Shown here: one piece after another, positions 45,382 through 58,520 of the stretch
Layout of the letters: each line of letters starts with the position of its first letter
Position numbering within the stretch: position 1 is the stretch's first letter
Assembly: GCA_010093745.1 (NCBI GenBank)
Contig: MU006003.1
Coordinates: forward strand, 1 to 64,000
Direction of reading: 5' to 3'
From: Piedraia hortae CBS 480.64
Lineage: Eukaryota
Length of the DNA stretch: 64,000 nucleotides
Program-made: the position numbers and the translations under genes
The notes under the pieces: model-generated
What the model saw: the letters and a program-made list of their open reading frames with translations, nothing else
The model's database searches: none
What the model was told of the DNA's origin: nothing

Positions 45382-48083
45382 ATGTCAGATTCTGAAGACG
45401 ACATACCTTTGAGAGGTACAGGTCCCAATAAGTTGCAATAGTTTTTCAGCTAACCCCAATAGTCGCTTCGCGACCCAAAGTTTCGCAGGAAACAATGAGC
45501 AACGCGTCTGATCACGTCGAGCCTGGCGTCAGCATGGCCATGGGACCGGTGTCGGTAGAGAACGACGCTCCCAACGGCAAGCGAAAGGCCACGATCAATG
45601 GCAAGGAAAGCCACAGTGACTCGGATGACGATGTTCCTCTGCAGAAGAAGCGCAAGACCAAAAAGGCGCCTTCAGACTCTGAGGAAGATGCTCCATTGCA
45701 GCGAATGGTGAAGCCTGTACGCGCTACCGCCTCACAGATCGGCGAGAGCTCTGATGAGGACGTGCCTCTGGACAAGATGCTGCAGAAGAAAAAGGCAGCG
45801 ATTGAAAAGGACGCTGAGAAAGAAGCTGCCGCACTGCGTCGTGAGGACAAGCGCAAGGCCAAAGCGGAAAGCGACGATGACGTCCCTCTTGCCATGAAGA
45901 AGCCGCGCAAACCAAAGAAGGAAGAGGCAGCCAAGCCCAGAAAGGCAGGAGCGGCCAAGGCCAAAAAGGAAGAGGACGTAAAAAAGCCGCCCAGGAAGGC
46001 CACCAAATCCAAGGCTGAACCGGCAGAGAAGAAGGCCAAGGACGCGAAAACGGCCGAAGACGAAGAAGCCGAAGCCGAAGAGGATGAGTACCGCTGGTGG
46101 GAAGATCCCGGTAAAGAGGACGATTCGATCAAATGGACGACGCTGGAACACAACGGCGTGGCCTTTCCTCCCGAGTACGTTCCCCTGCCGGAGCACGTCA
46201 AGATGCGCTACAGCGGAACGCCGGTCAGCCTCGATCCGGCGGCCGAGGAGATTGCCTTCGCCTTTGGGAGCATGTTGGACTCTACGCACAACGTGGAGAA
46301 TCCAACGTTCCAGAAGAACTTCTTCAACGACTTCAAGGAAATGTTGGACAAGACGGGCCAGGCCAAGGACACAAAGGGCAACAAAATCGTCATTTCAGAC
46401 TTTGAAAAGTGCGATTTCACGCCCATCTTCGAGCACTACGACGCCGAACGCACGGCCAAGAAGGCGCTTCCGGCCGCCGAGAAGAAAAGAATCAACGCCG
46501 AGAAAAAGGAGAAGGACGAACCGTTCATGTACTGCATCTGGGACGGCCGCAAGCAAAAGGTTGGCAACTTCCGCATCGAGCCGCCCGGCCTGTTCCGTGG
46601 ACGCGGCGAGCATCCCAAGACAGGCAAGTTCAAGAAGCGCGTGAGGCCCGAGCAAATCACCATCAACATTGGTAAAGAGGCGACGGTGCCTAAGCCGCCC
46701 GAGGGCCACAAGTGGAAGGAAGTTAAGCACGACCAACGCGGTACTTGGCTCGCAATGTGGCAGGAGAATATCAATGGTGCCTACAAGTACGTTATGCTGG
46801 CTGCAAATTCAGATGTCAAGGGCCAGAGCGACTACAAGAAATTCGAAAAGGCGCGGGAATTGAAGAAACACATCGATAAGATCCGCAAGGACTACCACCG
46901 GGACCTCAAGTCGGACGTCATGGCTGAGCGGCAGCGGGCGACTGCCGTCTATCTGATTGACCAGTTTGCGCTGCGTGCCGGCAACGAAAAGGGCGAAGAC
47001 GAGGCCGACACGGTCGGCTGCTGTTCGCTGAAGTTCGAGCACGTCACGCTCCGGCAGCCCGACACCGTCATCTTCGACTTCCTCGGCAAGGACTCGATTC
47101 GCTTCTACGACGAGGTCAAGGTGGATCCGCAGGTGTTCAAGAACCTCCGCATCTTCAAGCGTCCGCCCAAGAAGGAAGGCGATGAGATCTTTGATCGCCT
47201 TACCACCTCGGGCTTGAACAAGCATCTTTCCAGCTACATGCCGGGGCTCACGGCAAAGGTGTTCCGTACGTACAACGCCTCCTGGACCATGTCCAAGCTT
47301 TTGAAGAAGATGAAGAGCGCTGGCACCGTTGCAGAGAGAATCAAGGACTATAACGACGCCAATCGTGAAGTCGCCATCCTTTGTAACCATAAGCGCACCG
47401 TTGCTGCGAGCCACTCTGCTGCCATTTCCAAAATGGAAGACAAGATCAATGCATTTCGCTACCAGCAGTATCGTCTCAAGCAGCAAATGCTTGATCTGGA
47501 CCCCAAACTTGCCAAAAAGCGTGGAAGCGAGTACTTTGCATTACCAGAAGGTCTAGATACTGAATGGGTGCACAACCACCAGGATGCCCTGGTGGAAGAG
47601 CAAAAGGTGAAGATTAGGAAGAAATTTGAAAAGGACAACGAGAAGCTGGTGGCAGATGGTAAAAATGAGATGAAAGAGTCGGATTTGAAGGAACGTCTTC
47701 AGGTTGCATTTGACTTGGAAAATAAGTTTAAACTGGAACGCAAAAACAAGGGCAAGATAGAAGCCGAAGGCAAAAACCCCACGGTTGAGAAGCTCGAGGC
47801 ACAGGTCGAGAAGATAAACGACCGCATCGCCACCCTGCAGACCCAGACTGAGGACAGGGAGAACAATAAAGAAGTCGCTCTCGGCACTTCGAAGATTGTA
47901 AGCTTTACTACATCTGTCTGGAAGGAACACGTGCTAACTTGATGGCAGAATTACATTGATCCTCGCCTGACGGTCGTGTTTACAAAGAAGTTTGATGTGC
48001 CCATTGAGAAGCTTTTCTCCAAAACTTTGAGGGAGAAATTTCAGTGGGCCCTGAAGTCTGTTGATGAAACCTGGGAGTTTTAG
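45382..48083 (+). CDS. TOP1: DNA topoisomerase IB; introns ~45416-45462 and ~47898-47948
   Basis: [30 protein letters not shown] and [10 protein letters not shown]. The catalytic GTSKI|NYIDPR motif spans the last intron. Confidence 0.96.
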
Positions 48084-48632
48084 GTCACGTAACGATGGTG
48101 TAAATGAGATTTTCCACAGAACAGTGTAGAGTTAGTAGTTTGCGGGTGGGTTTATCCTGTTTCATTTAGATGCTGGTTGTACAACGAGGCTGGGGGGGGG
48201 GAGTTGCCATCACTAGAAGCATACAGCAATCACCCCAAGGCTGAGGGATTTAGGCCTTGCAAGCCTTGCTTGAAGACTGAAGACTGCTGCCATCTGGAAC
48301 TAAAGTTACTTGTGTAAGGAGAACTTAGAGGACCCGCTACAAGTCTGGAGCTTAAAGTTCTGAGTAGTGCGTGCGGTCCGCTGTTTCCCAAAGATTCTGG
48401 GGTCTATCAATCCCGCACGGACCTGATGTGACTATTATCAACTCCATGCAGCAGCAGCAAGAACAACTTTCAACAATCAATTAAATGAGTCCGCCCACCG
48501 ACCACGAGTAAGAACATATGCAAATGAACTGCGATTTGAATATGCGCATAAGAAAGATAGCCTAAGCCAGTTACACAATACCAATAGGATTACCCCCATC
48601 TCATCATACATCGCACTCAACCAACAACCGAC

Positions 48633-50123
48633 ATGGGGCGAATAGCAGAGTCGAAGCGTAAGCGCAACGACGAAGGATTATCAGAGCCATCCAGGCTCGC
48701 AAAACGGCAGGCTATAGGTTCTTCAAACGAGCCAACTACACCAGACCAAGAAAGTGTCCCTATTGCCCATTGGGTTTCCAAGTCCCGGTGGCCTTCCAAC
48801 ATAACTGAACCCTCCGGCAGCTTCACCCAGACTTTTCCTAATGTAGAGGGCGAAACATCTATAACTCTTCCCAGGCACCTTGAGCACCAGGTGGACTACG
48901 ACGACTTTGATGAGTACGAAAGAAAAAAAAAAAAAAAAAAAAAAAAAGCCAGCTGCAACCGCCATAGTAAAGACTCTTGAGGACTGGCCGGACCTCTTGC
49001 ATCGTTGTGCTTGAAGATTCGTAGACTATTTTGTGGAACACCTGACTGTGCCGTTGTTTTCCAGAGGCATGGGACGTATTCAAGAGCTGCAAAGTTGAGA
49101 CCAGTCGTATTCATCGTGTCAAATCGGCCCAGTGGGACCTCAAGATGCCAAACGCTACCAAGAGGCCAAAGCCCGACATCTGGTATGCCATGGACGTCAA
49201 CGCTTTCAGTGAGAACCAAATACGCCGATTGGACTCGTATGGTAAGTGCAGGCCAGCAAACATCATCAAGGGTTATCAGCACTTTTTCCCATTTCCCGTA
49301 ATTGAAGTGAAGGCTGCCAGCGGGAACGACTAGGTGTGTGGTATTCAAGCGAACGCAGCAGCCACGACGGCAGTCAATGCCATTGTTCATCTGTGCCAGT
49401 ATGTCAAACCCAAGCGTCTGGAAGAACTTGAGGGCAAAACAGTGCTACAGCGTGCGAAAGAACCCTACCACTCTGTAATTCTTTGGACATTTAATTCTCC
49501 GACAAGAAAACACAATACACTACTACGACACTCATTTATACGAAACCCTCCTCCGCGGCGATATCACCGAGGAACCAGACAGAGACAGCATCGTGCGACC
49601 TCACAGCAAGATATTCTCCATCACCCGTGCCATCCTGGGAAATTTCTACCTCCAACATGGAAAGCGCATACTTGCACTGGTAGTTGAGTTGCCAAATATC
49701 CCCCCAGTTGAAGATGCCAAAGAGCTTCCACTGGTGCCACCACCTTCAAGGACAGCATCCAGGAAATGGCGAGCAGCAGGCCCACTTACGACACAATCGA
49801 TTATGGATGATGAAGTTGTGGTCCTTACAGAAAAGCGCGACGAGTGGAAAAAGAAAGCTGCCGAACTTGCAATTGACCTTACCAAGTTGCAGGGTCGGGA
49901 GGCATTGTCTAATCAGGAAAAGGAGTCTCTGAAAGCTATGATTAAAGATTTGGAAGAGCAGATTGAAGAACACAAGGAGCGAACAAAAGTATTGGACGAG
50001 CAGGTCAAAGAGATGCGTTCGGAGACGAAAGTGATGAGCTTGGAGGGTAAAAAGAAGCAGGAACAGATTATCCATTTGCACGAGAAGCTTGAAGAACTCT
50101 ACAAGGGCCAGAGGATTAGTTAG
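48633..50123 (+). pseudogene. Disrupted gene resembling the fungal PD-(D/E)XK-like family, with a C-terminal coiled coil
   Basis: RPKPDIWY...AFSENQ...FPFPVIEVKAASG followed by TAG at 49331. Also frameshifts and an A25 run at 48923-48947. Confidence 0.55.
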
Positions 50124-50632
50124 TTGTGGGTGTATCATGGTGATATGTAACTAGTATCCTTGGCCCCCTGTCAGCACTGGGAACCGCTTCGTTAGATCTG
50201 TTGTCTGTTAGTCGTGGCCTCGAGATAGGATGATTCATGCAGAGTGGAAGAACTGATCAGAAGTCCGTTAAGATCATCGCAACGCAAGCGTTGCTGACAT
50301 AAGAGGTACCAGAATTAAATGTATATAGTTGGGTGTCATCATGAAGAGGAAAGAAGCGGGTGAACATACCTCGAACTGGACAGCATGAGGCCATATCATT
50401 ATGCCGCCTCATGAATAGTCGGGGTTACCCATTTCCACTTCAGTCTGCCGTGCCGAGCAGCCAGCACTGGAAGTGGACTGTGTCCGTGTGTGTTGAAAGC
50501 GTGGGCGACAACAGTCCTCTCACAGGTGCAGAGAACGGAATATCTCCGCTCTTTGCCAAGACTTTCAATTCCGCACTGCACCGCGACCAACGTCGAACCG
50601 CACCGTAACAGCATCGTAACAGTACTGCAACC

Positions 50633-51268
50633 ATGGGTCGTATGCACAGCAATGGCAAAGGCATCAGCGCCTCGGCGATTCCATATTCGCGCTCGCCTCC
50701 GTCATGGCTCAAGCTCACGCCCGATCAAGTCGTCGAGCAGATTTGCAAACTCGCGCGAAAGGGCACCACTCCTTCCATGATCGGCACCTACCTGCGCGAC
50801 AGCCAGGGTGTTGCCCAGGTCAAGGTTGTCACTGGTGTGTATCGCTCAGGCTCTTATAAATTGGAGAGGCTGACCGTCGCAGGTAACAAGATTCTGCGCA
50901 TCCTGAAGAGTAACGGTATGGATACCTGAAGCCCTGAAGACTCATAAGAGTCGTCATTTGTGCCTTTGCTCGGTTGAGAGACTGACAGAGTGACTGTAGG
51001 CCTCGCGCCGGAAATTCCCGAGGACCTTTACATGCTTATCAAGAAGGTAGCGGTTCGCAAAGGAGCTATGGACCAGAGTGCTGACCATGACAAGGCCGTC
51101 GCCGTGCGCAAGCACCTTGAGCGCAATCGCAAGGACAAGGACAGCAAATTCCGCCTCATTCTCATTGAGTCTCGCATCCACCGTCTGTCGCGCTACTACA
51201 AGTCTGTCGGTGTGTTGCCGCCGAACTGGAAATATGAGAGTGCCACGGCCTCGACCCTCGTGGCATAA
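50633..51268 (+). CDS. RPS13: 40S ribosomal protein S13 (uS15); introns 50835-50882, 50916-50999, 51047-51094
   Basis: [12 protein letters not shown]...[22 protein letters not shown]...[15 protein letters not shown]. Confidence 0.96.
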
Positions 51269-51378
51269 GATCGTTAATGAATGGGAGGGGATGCTGTATG
51301 CAATGAGTAGCGTCGAATCCTGTTCATCCCAAAGAAATACCGCTACGCCATGCTAATGCTAGGGAACCGACTTTCAAA

Positions 51379-53182
51379 TCAACCGTGAGCAGAATCGTCG
51401 CCCGTTCCGTAACCCATTCGTCTGACTCCCTCCGCTCGTCCAGTGAGGTCTTCCCATGTGGCTCCCATGCGACGATTGGTAGCGGCCAACAGACCTTCCT
51501 CTTCCTCATCATCGCGCTCGTCATCAAACTTGGGAACGCGGAACATCATGACAGCGCAAACAACAGCGTAGATTCCCAGGAAAGCAAACTGAGCCCAAAA
51601 GGTAATGGCACCAAGAAGCGGGTAGTTGACCGCAATACTGTTGAGAAAAGTTGAGGCAACAGAAGGTGTGCAAACCAAGCCCGCAACGGAATTTGACGCT
51701 CGCTCAGAACAAGGCCTCACAGCCGAACGGTGGTGAGAACAATCTGGGGCTTCGTCGGGGTGACGAGCTGGTCGATCGCAAAATGTCTGAGGACCAAAGG
51801 TTGCATATTGTGGTGCTACGATCATGGCAAGACTGTAGTTCAGCGCCAGGTTCATGAGCGTCAAGAGCACAATAGCCATGAGCATCGCGTTGGGCGTTGT
51901 TTTGCCCTTGCGTATGCGAAAGATTGTGACCCATAGGAAGCGCACGCCGATCGTGGAGAGACCGAGGATAGCTGACGAAAAGAACAGCAAGGTCAGCAGA
52001 AGAAACAGCACGTAGTCGACTGGGAATACGCGCGAGGCAACTGTCATGAGCCAGTTGACGGGCTGGAAGATCTGCGTGTGGCCAAGAATGTAACCACAGC
52101 GGGCGCCACAAATCGAGTTTTTGATCTTATCGATGCAAGTGATCAGCATGCTCACGAATATGATCCACGAGATGACCAGCAGCAGCAGTCCTCCGAGGAG
52201 TTCCAGGGGGCGGAAAACAGCGCACGCCTTGTGCCAGATGCTAAGCAACTTGCTTTCGTTGTTTCGCGCTTCGACTAATCGCTCACGCCTGGCAAGAGTG
52301 CGTTCATCACGCAACAAGCCCTCCAGTTCACGTTGATCGCGGGAGTCAAGACCACCGTCACGACCATTGGCGCGAGCCTCAAGCTGACGCTGACGCTCGC
52401 GGTTTTGTGCCAGTTGACTCGATGTTGTTGCAGCAAATTGAGGAGCTGAAACTGCCGGGGCTGACTTGATGAGAGAAAGCGGCCGAAGAGCGAGGCCAGG
52501 AGCCACATAAAAGCAGTACAGCACCGTCCCAATGGCAATGAGGACGCCAATACTAAAGGTTAACGCCCGCTCGCCGTCTAGATGGTGTTAGTGGCCTCGT
52601 CAGCTCATGTGGCATGTGAAACCCACGATTTTCGGTCAACAAGTGCTTGAAATAATCTAGATCATGATGTTTGTGTCGTGCTTTTTTTGCCACGGGAATG
52701 AAGAAGCCGACAAGGAAGAGAACCAGGACAAGGACCAGAAACCCGACAGAGTATTTCAGAGCCCCCCAAAAGCGGGACTTCGTCGTCTGTTCGCCTTCGC
52801 TGGCTTCCACTTCGTCGTACTCTTCGTACCAAAAGTACGCAAATGGTGTGACCAAAAGGCATAAGATCGCATCCAAGCTGTAGAGGAGATAATAGACGTT
52901 TTTGAGCTGAAAAGTGATACTGTCTACCGCATCTGGAGTCGCCCAATCCTTCCTCTGCCCAAGGTGTCGATTGACAGTGCTCGACGTCAGCGCAATGTCG
53001 ACAGGAGTCAGTAAGACAGTGGCTAGCAGGGCAAAAGTGGTAATGCCGGCTACCAAAGTGACAAAGTAATCGCGTTCACCTGGTTTTTCGTAGACGAAGA
53101 TGAACAAGGCGGCCACGAGCGCAAGTGCGCCAAGGCATGCGCCATACGTGACCCAAATCAACGAAGTCTCAAGGAGCGCCAT
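51379..53182 (-). CDS. LMBR1-domain membrane protein (LMBRD1-like, probable lysosomal cobalamin transporter); intron ~52580-52624
   Basis: Multiple TM segments; motifs [20 protein letters not shown] and [13 protein letters not shown]. Confidence 0.82.
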
Positions 53183-53325
53183 TGTTTGCGCACGTTAAGC
53201 TACTCAGATGGGCAGGAACGTGAGCTGGTGTGGGTCTAGCGATGGGGCTGTGGGGAAACTGACAGCGGAATTTATTCCGTCGGTAACCTCACGTTTATCC
53301 TCCGACGCAATTCTTCCACGGCAGT

Positions 53326-56300
53326 ATGGATTCATACGCCGAGTTGATACCTCCCACGGCAGTAACCCATGCCGTAGCCCTACCGTTTACGAGTTCAGGC
53401 ACCAAAAACCTCGTGGTTGCCAAGACGTCGTTGCTGCAGGTGTTTGAAATAAATGAGCCGGCAAAAGACGACCAGCCCCGACTGTCGTTCGTTGGCGAAT
53501 ATCCCCTATATGGAACCGTGGCGGCACTGGCCGCGGTTGAACTTCCTCACACACAGTCAGGCGGTGCTGCTCTGTTGGTGGCCACCCGAAATGCGAAGCT
53601 CTCGCTGGTCGAGTGGAGCCCGCGGGAAAATCGAATCAGTACAATAAGCATCCACTATTACGAGAACGAATACAAAGCGCGTCCATTTATCTCTGACTGG
53701 AAGGATGAGAACCCCGTTCTGACGGTTGATCCCAATTCTCGTTGCGCAGCTCTGGCGTTCGGAGGAAGTGCAATGGCTCTCATTCCTTTTCGTCAACAGG
53801 ATGAAGATCTGCCACAGGAGCTGGACTTGTCTTTGCAACAAACGAATACTAATGGCGACCCGGCCAGACAAGCGCCCTACGAGAAATCGTTTGTGATTCC
53901 GCTGATGCGGCTGGACCCGCGTCTGGTGCGTCCGATTGACCTGGCCTTCTTGCACGAGTACCGCGAGCCGACGCTGGGCGTGCTTTCCGGTACTCAACAG
54001 CCCTCTTCGGGCCTTCTTGCCGTCCGCAAGGATTGCTTGTCATATGTCGCCATCACATTGGATATTGAAGAGGCTGCCATGACGACCCTGATCGTTGTTA
54101 ATGGTCTGCCGTCTGACCTCTGGAAGGTTGTTCCCTTGCCTCTTCCAGCTGGCGGGGCTCTCCTTGTCGGGGCCAATGAACTATTGCATGTCAATCAGTC
54201 TGCCAAAGTCAGTGCAACCGCGGTGAATGAATTCGCTGAAGACGTTAGTGACTTTCCAATGCTGGACCAGAGTTATCTCAACATGAAGCTCGAAGGATGT
54301 GAAATCGGTGTATCGCTAGACCCCGACACAGGTGACAGGCTACTGACTCTACACGACGGCTCTTTGGCGGTCATCAAGTTCAAGATTACGAATGGTCTGG
54401 TTGCTGGGCTATCAGTAACACCTCTGGGACAGGTGCAACAGATTCCTTACCTGGCTTCACCTTCTTGCGTAGTCGCCATGGATAAGCAGAGGTTGTTCTT
54501 TGGTAGCGCTGAAGGCCCCTCGATCCTTGCGAGCTGGTCCAGAGACGAGTCGCGGATCAGTAGGAAGAGGAGTCATGCACAGATGGTGCAACAAGAGTCT
54601 TTGACGGTGACGGACGACGCACTAGATGACCTAGACGACGATGATATCTATGCAACTGCGGCCGAAGCTCCCAAAGTCAATCAGGCAGCTAACAGTCAAG
54701 ATGCTTTGCACGAGGACACGGGATACAGGTTTGAAAAAATTGACGAGCTGTTGTCGCTCGGGCCCATCAATAATATTTGCTTTGGGCGGTCGCCGCGAGT
54801 GGGCGATGATCGGCTGGAGATGGTCGCTGCTGTTGGACGGGGCCCCAGTAGTAAACTTGCATTCATGGGTCGACAAGTTGTTCCTGACCCTATCCAGCTC
54901 ATGCCATGGGTCAATGTTATGAATATCTGGTCCATAAACGTTGCGTCCACCAAGAACAAGCCTTGGAGAACGCTAATGGTCTATGACGGTGAAACGACGA
55001 AAGTGTACGATACAACCGCGGAAGACTATCCAGAACGCACTGGTACCGACTTTGAGCATGAAGGCGAAACTATGGCAGTTGGCACGCTGAATGACGGCAA
55101 ACTAGTTGTGCAGTGCAGACCCCACGAAATTAGAACGTATGACCGAGATCTTGGCCTCTCTCAGATAGTACCGATGGAGGACAGTGTGACCGGGGAAGAG
55201 TTAAGCATTGTTAATACGTCCTTTTGCGATCCTTACTTACTGGTATTGAGGGTGGACGGCAGCTTGCAGGTCCTACAGGTCCAGAAGAACGGAGAGGTTG
55301 ACCCGTTGGAGGCCACCGGGGCTCTGGCTGAAAAGCACTGGATGTGTGGCTGCCTGTATGCAGGTGTGACTTTTGCAGATGGGGCACCGACGGCCTTTTT
55401 GATCAATGACAGTGGCGCCCTTGTTGTCCTTCGCCTGCCGAGCACGGAGCCTGTGTACTATATACCGCAAATGGCATTTCTGCTACCATTTCTGATTCCG
55501 GGCGCACCAAATCGGCGTGGTGAAAAGGCAAAGTTGACGGACATCCTGGTCGCCGACTTGGGGCCTGAGCATTCGACAAAGGCATATCTCATTGTGAAGG
55601 ATTCGCAGGATGACCTGACTGTGTACGAGCCTTACTACTATGATCCCACAGGCCGCGCTGGTCATGGCGAGTTTGACCATCTGATGTTCCGGAAGGTACA
55701 CTTCCCATACATACCGTTTGATGACAGGGACTATGGGGACGAAGACAGCAGACCAGAGACTATGCGCGCCATCAAAGTTGGGAACCGCCATATGGTGTAT
55801 CTGCCAAGCTTATCGCCCAGTCTCATTGTCAAGGAGGCTATCGGCCCACCTAAAGCTATCGGACTACGGGTAGAGAAGCCTACCAAGACTATGCAGCCAT
55901 ATGATGACGATGGAAACTTTTTCTTGGTCTACCACGATGGAACCTGTGGCAAGTATGGCCCACAAGAGAATGCCACGTTTGAAACAGGATGGAGCATCAG
56001 CTTAATGTCTCTGCCTGCGGCGCAGCCCGAGGAGATACGGCATCTGGCGTTCTACGAGCCAAGAGAAGTCTACGTGATCGCCACTTGTCGTAATGAAGAC
56101 TTTTTATTCTCAGCAGATGACAAGAGACATGAAACGAATGATGGTAAGTCGCACAAGAAGGCCCTTCAATGCATCACGAGCATATACGTCTCTTCTTTAC
56201 TATGTGGAGCGACGTCTATAGTTGATGCTATATCGACCCTGTGAATTCTATTCAGCCATGCTGCCATTTCCATGTGGCCTGTGCTTTATATAACAGGAAC

Positions 56301-57474
56301 AAATCTCTCCTATTGGACTGTGCTAACGTAAGTAGATATCTCTATGCGACCGCAAATATCAAGGTACACGATACACTTGCTCTCTGCCAAAACGAACGCC
56401 ATCATTGAATCTATGCCATGGCCGTATTCACAAGAGACGTTCACTGGCCTCAAAGTAATGCCACTTGAAGTCTCTGAGCTGACACGAAAGCAGAGACCAA
56501 TGCTTGTCATTGGCTCTGTAGCCATTCGCGGCGAGGATATGCCTGCAAAGGGAGCCGTAACCGTCATCGAAATCGTGGACGTGGTGCCACATCCAGACCA
56601 ACCTGAGTCAGGAATGCGAATGAGAATTGTTTGCCATGAAATCACTCGCGGCGCCATCACTTCCCTAGAACCCTGGCCCGGCGGTCTCATATGCACCGGC
56701 CAAGGCCTACGTTTGATGATCAGAGGACTGAGGGAAGATGGGACATGTCTCCCAGTTGCTTTTCTGGACGCTCAATGCTTTACCACGCAGTTCAAATCAC
56801 TTCCAGAAAACAAGTTGTGGCTCGCAGGTGATGCGCTGCAAGGGCTCTGGTTTGGGTGTTGGACAGAGGAGCCGTATCGTCTCAATCTTCTTGGCAAGAC
56901 TAGATGTCCCCTGGAAGTTGTGACGGCAGAGTTCCTCCCCACCGGGGAAGACTTGGACATTCTTATAATCGATCCGCAGACGAATCTGAACGTTTATCGT
57001 TGGGATCCCCATGCCCATAAGGCCGAATCAGGCATGCGGTTGATCAAGAGATGCTCGTTTCACCTCGGACACTTTCCCACCAGCATGGTACGTGTCCCCT
57101 CAACGTTGTATGGTGACAATCCTGCAACCGACTACGTACTCGTCACATTTTCTTCCGGTGCGATGGGATGCATCGCACCGATTGAGGAGGCGTCATGCCG
57201 ACCTCTTACCGCCATGGAGGTGGCAATGACGGGGGGCATACTGGACCATACTTGCGCGTTGAACCAGAGAGCCTATCGGAGCGGTGAGCCAGAAAATGCT
57301 AAGGATATGATGATTGGACGGGGCGGGGTCGTCGACGGCGAAGTACTGAAATGTCTGGGCGATCTGGGGGTCATCCGACGGAACGAAGTTCTTGGCGAGG
57401 TTGGCTTTAGCAGCACATGGGGCTTTCGAACTGCCCTTTTACGCATCACTGGTGGGGGTTTGGGATTTGTATAA
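53326..57474 (+). CDS. CFT1: CPSF160/Cft1 cleavage and polyadenylation factor; intron 56144-56335
   Basis: ELIPPTAVTH, LVVAKTSLLQVF, ISTISIHYYE, VDPNSRCA, FLHEYREPT, GEDMPAKG and LPVAFLD. The splice restores the frame (..NDD|ISMRP). Confidence 0.9.
56170..56304 (+). ncRNA. Candidate intronic H/ACA snoRNA
   Basis: Two hairpins (GCATCA/TGATGC and CCTGT/ACAGG), an H-like hinge ATATCGA at 56230 and ACA at 56299-56301. Both pockets are complementary to conserved 18S segments. Confidence 0.72.
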
Positions 57475-58520
57475 TTATCCGGTTGGATGCTAGATGTAAG
57501 AGTAAGATGAGGATACGTAATTTAATGAATCACCTAGACAATGGGCATTGACTGATGGTTTCCCCTACGTAGGACATTTTGTGACTCCAGCCCCGAGCTG
57601 CAAACAGCATGGTGGACCAATAGCTATCCATCAGAAGTGTGAGGAATACTCTGGTCGACTGACCGCTGTCATCAGCCTCTCGGGCTGAGACACGCCAGGC
57701 TGTGAAACCTGAGACGCCATGGCTCAGACGAAGCGAGCTCGTTTTTCCATCGGCATCATCTGATGTGGATAGATATGCAACACGAAACGACCCCTTGCTC
57801 CATCGCAAAGTAGGGAGTTTTTTTGTAAAGACCCAACGTTACTGCCGACGGGAGGAGGCTACACAACCACCCTCCATCCTTCCACAGTGTGGAAAGATGA
57901 CCACGGCAAAGCCATCCATAACTCCCTACTCAACCAATCAGAGAGTGCGATAAGTCGGTGAGGACGGGGCGGCCCGATGTGCTTCTGTGCCGCACTGCCG
58001 CCGCACATTGAGGGCCTAGCGGACTAGCGTAGCGAAGTGGCTTTTCTTTTTCCCCTAATTTTCTTTTTTGTGAGACTTCGCTTGCGTGATTGGGACGGAG
58101 TTAGGAGATTTGTAGAGAAAATAGAAGCTGGTGGGTGCTCAGGGCGGCCGTTATGTGGGTTATGTCCACATCACGTGCCCACCCAATGAGGTGTGTGATA
58201 AGGTTGCAAAAGCGAGAAAGGATGAACCCTGCCAGATTGTGCATCAACCTGGTGAGACGGTTTCCTGTTTGGGAGATGGTCCCCGGGAGGTTTCACTGTT
58301 TTCTCGCAATCAGTCACAATCTCTCTCTGACATTCACACGCGCTCTTTTTGCGGCAAAAAAAGCCTGCCTCCTTACACTCTTTTGGGGAGGTAAATTCGA
58401 CACGCGAACGCGCCCGTGGCAGCGACGCATCTTTGCGCTCACTTGGACCATTTCTCTTGAAGAAAACAGACCCTCTCCTTTTGCCTGTTCAGTCTATTCT
58501 CTCGTTGGAAAGATCAAATC

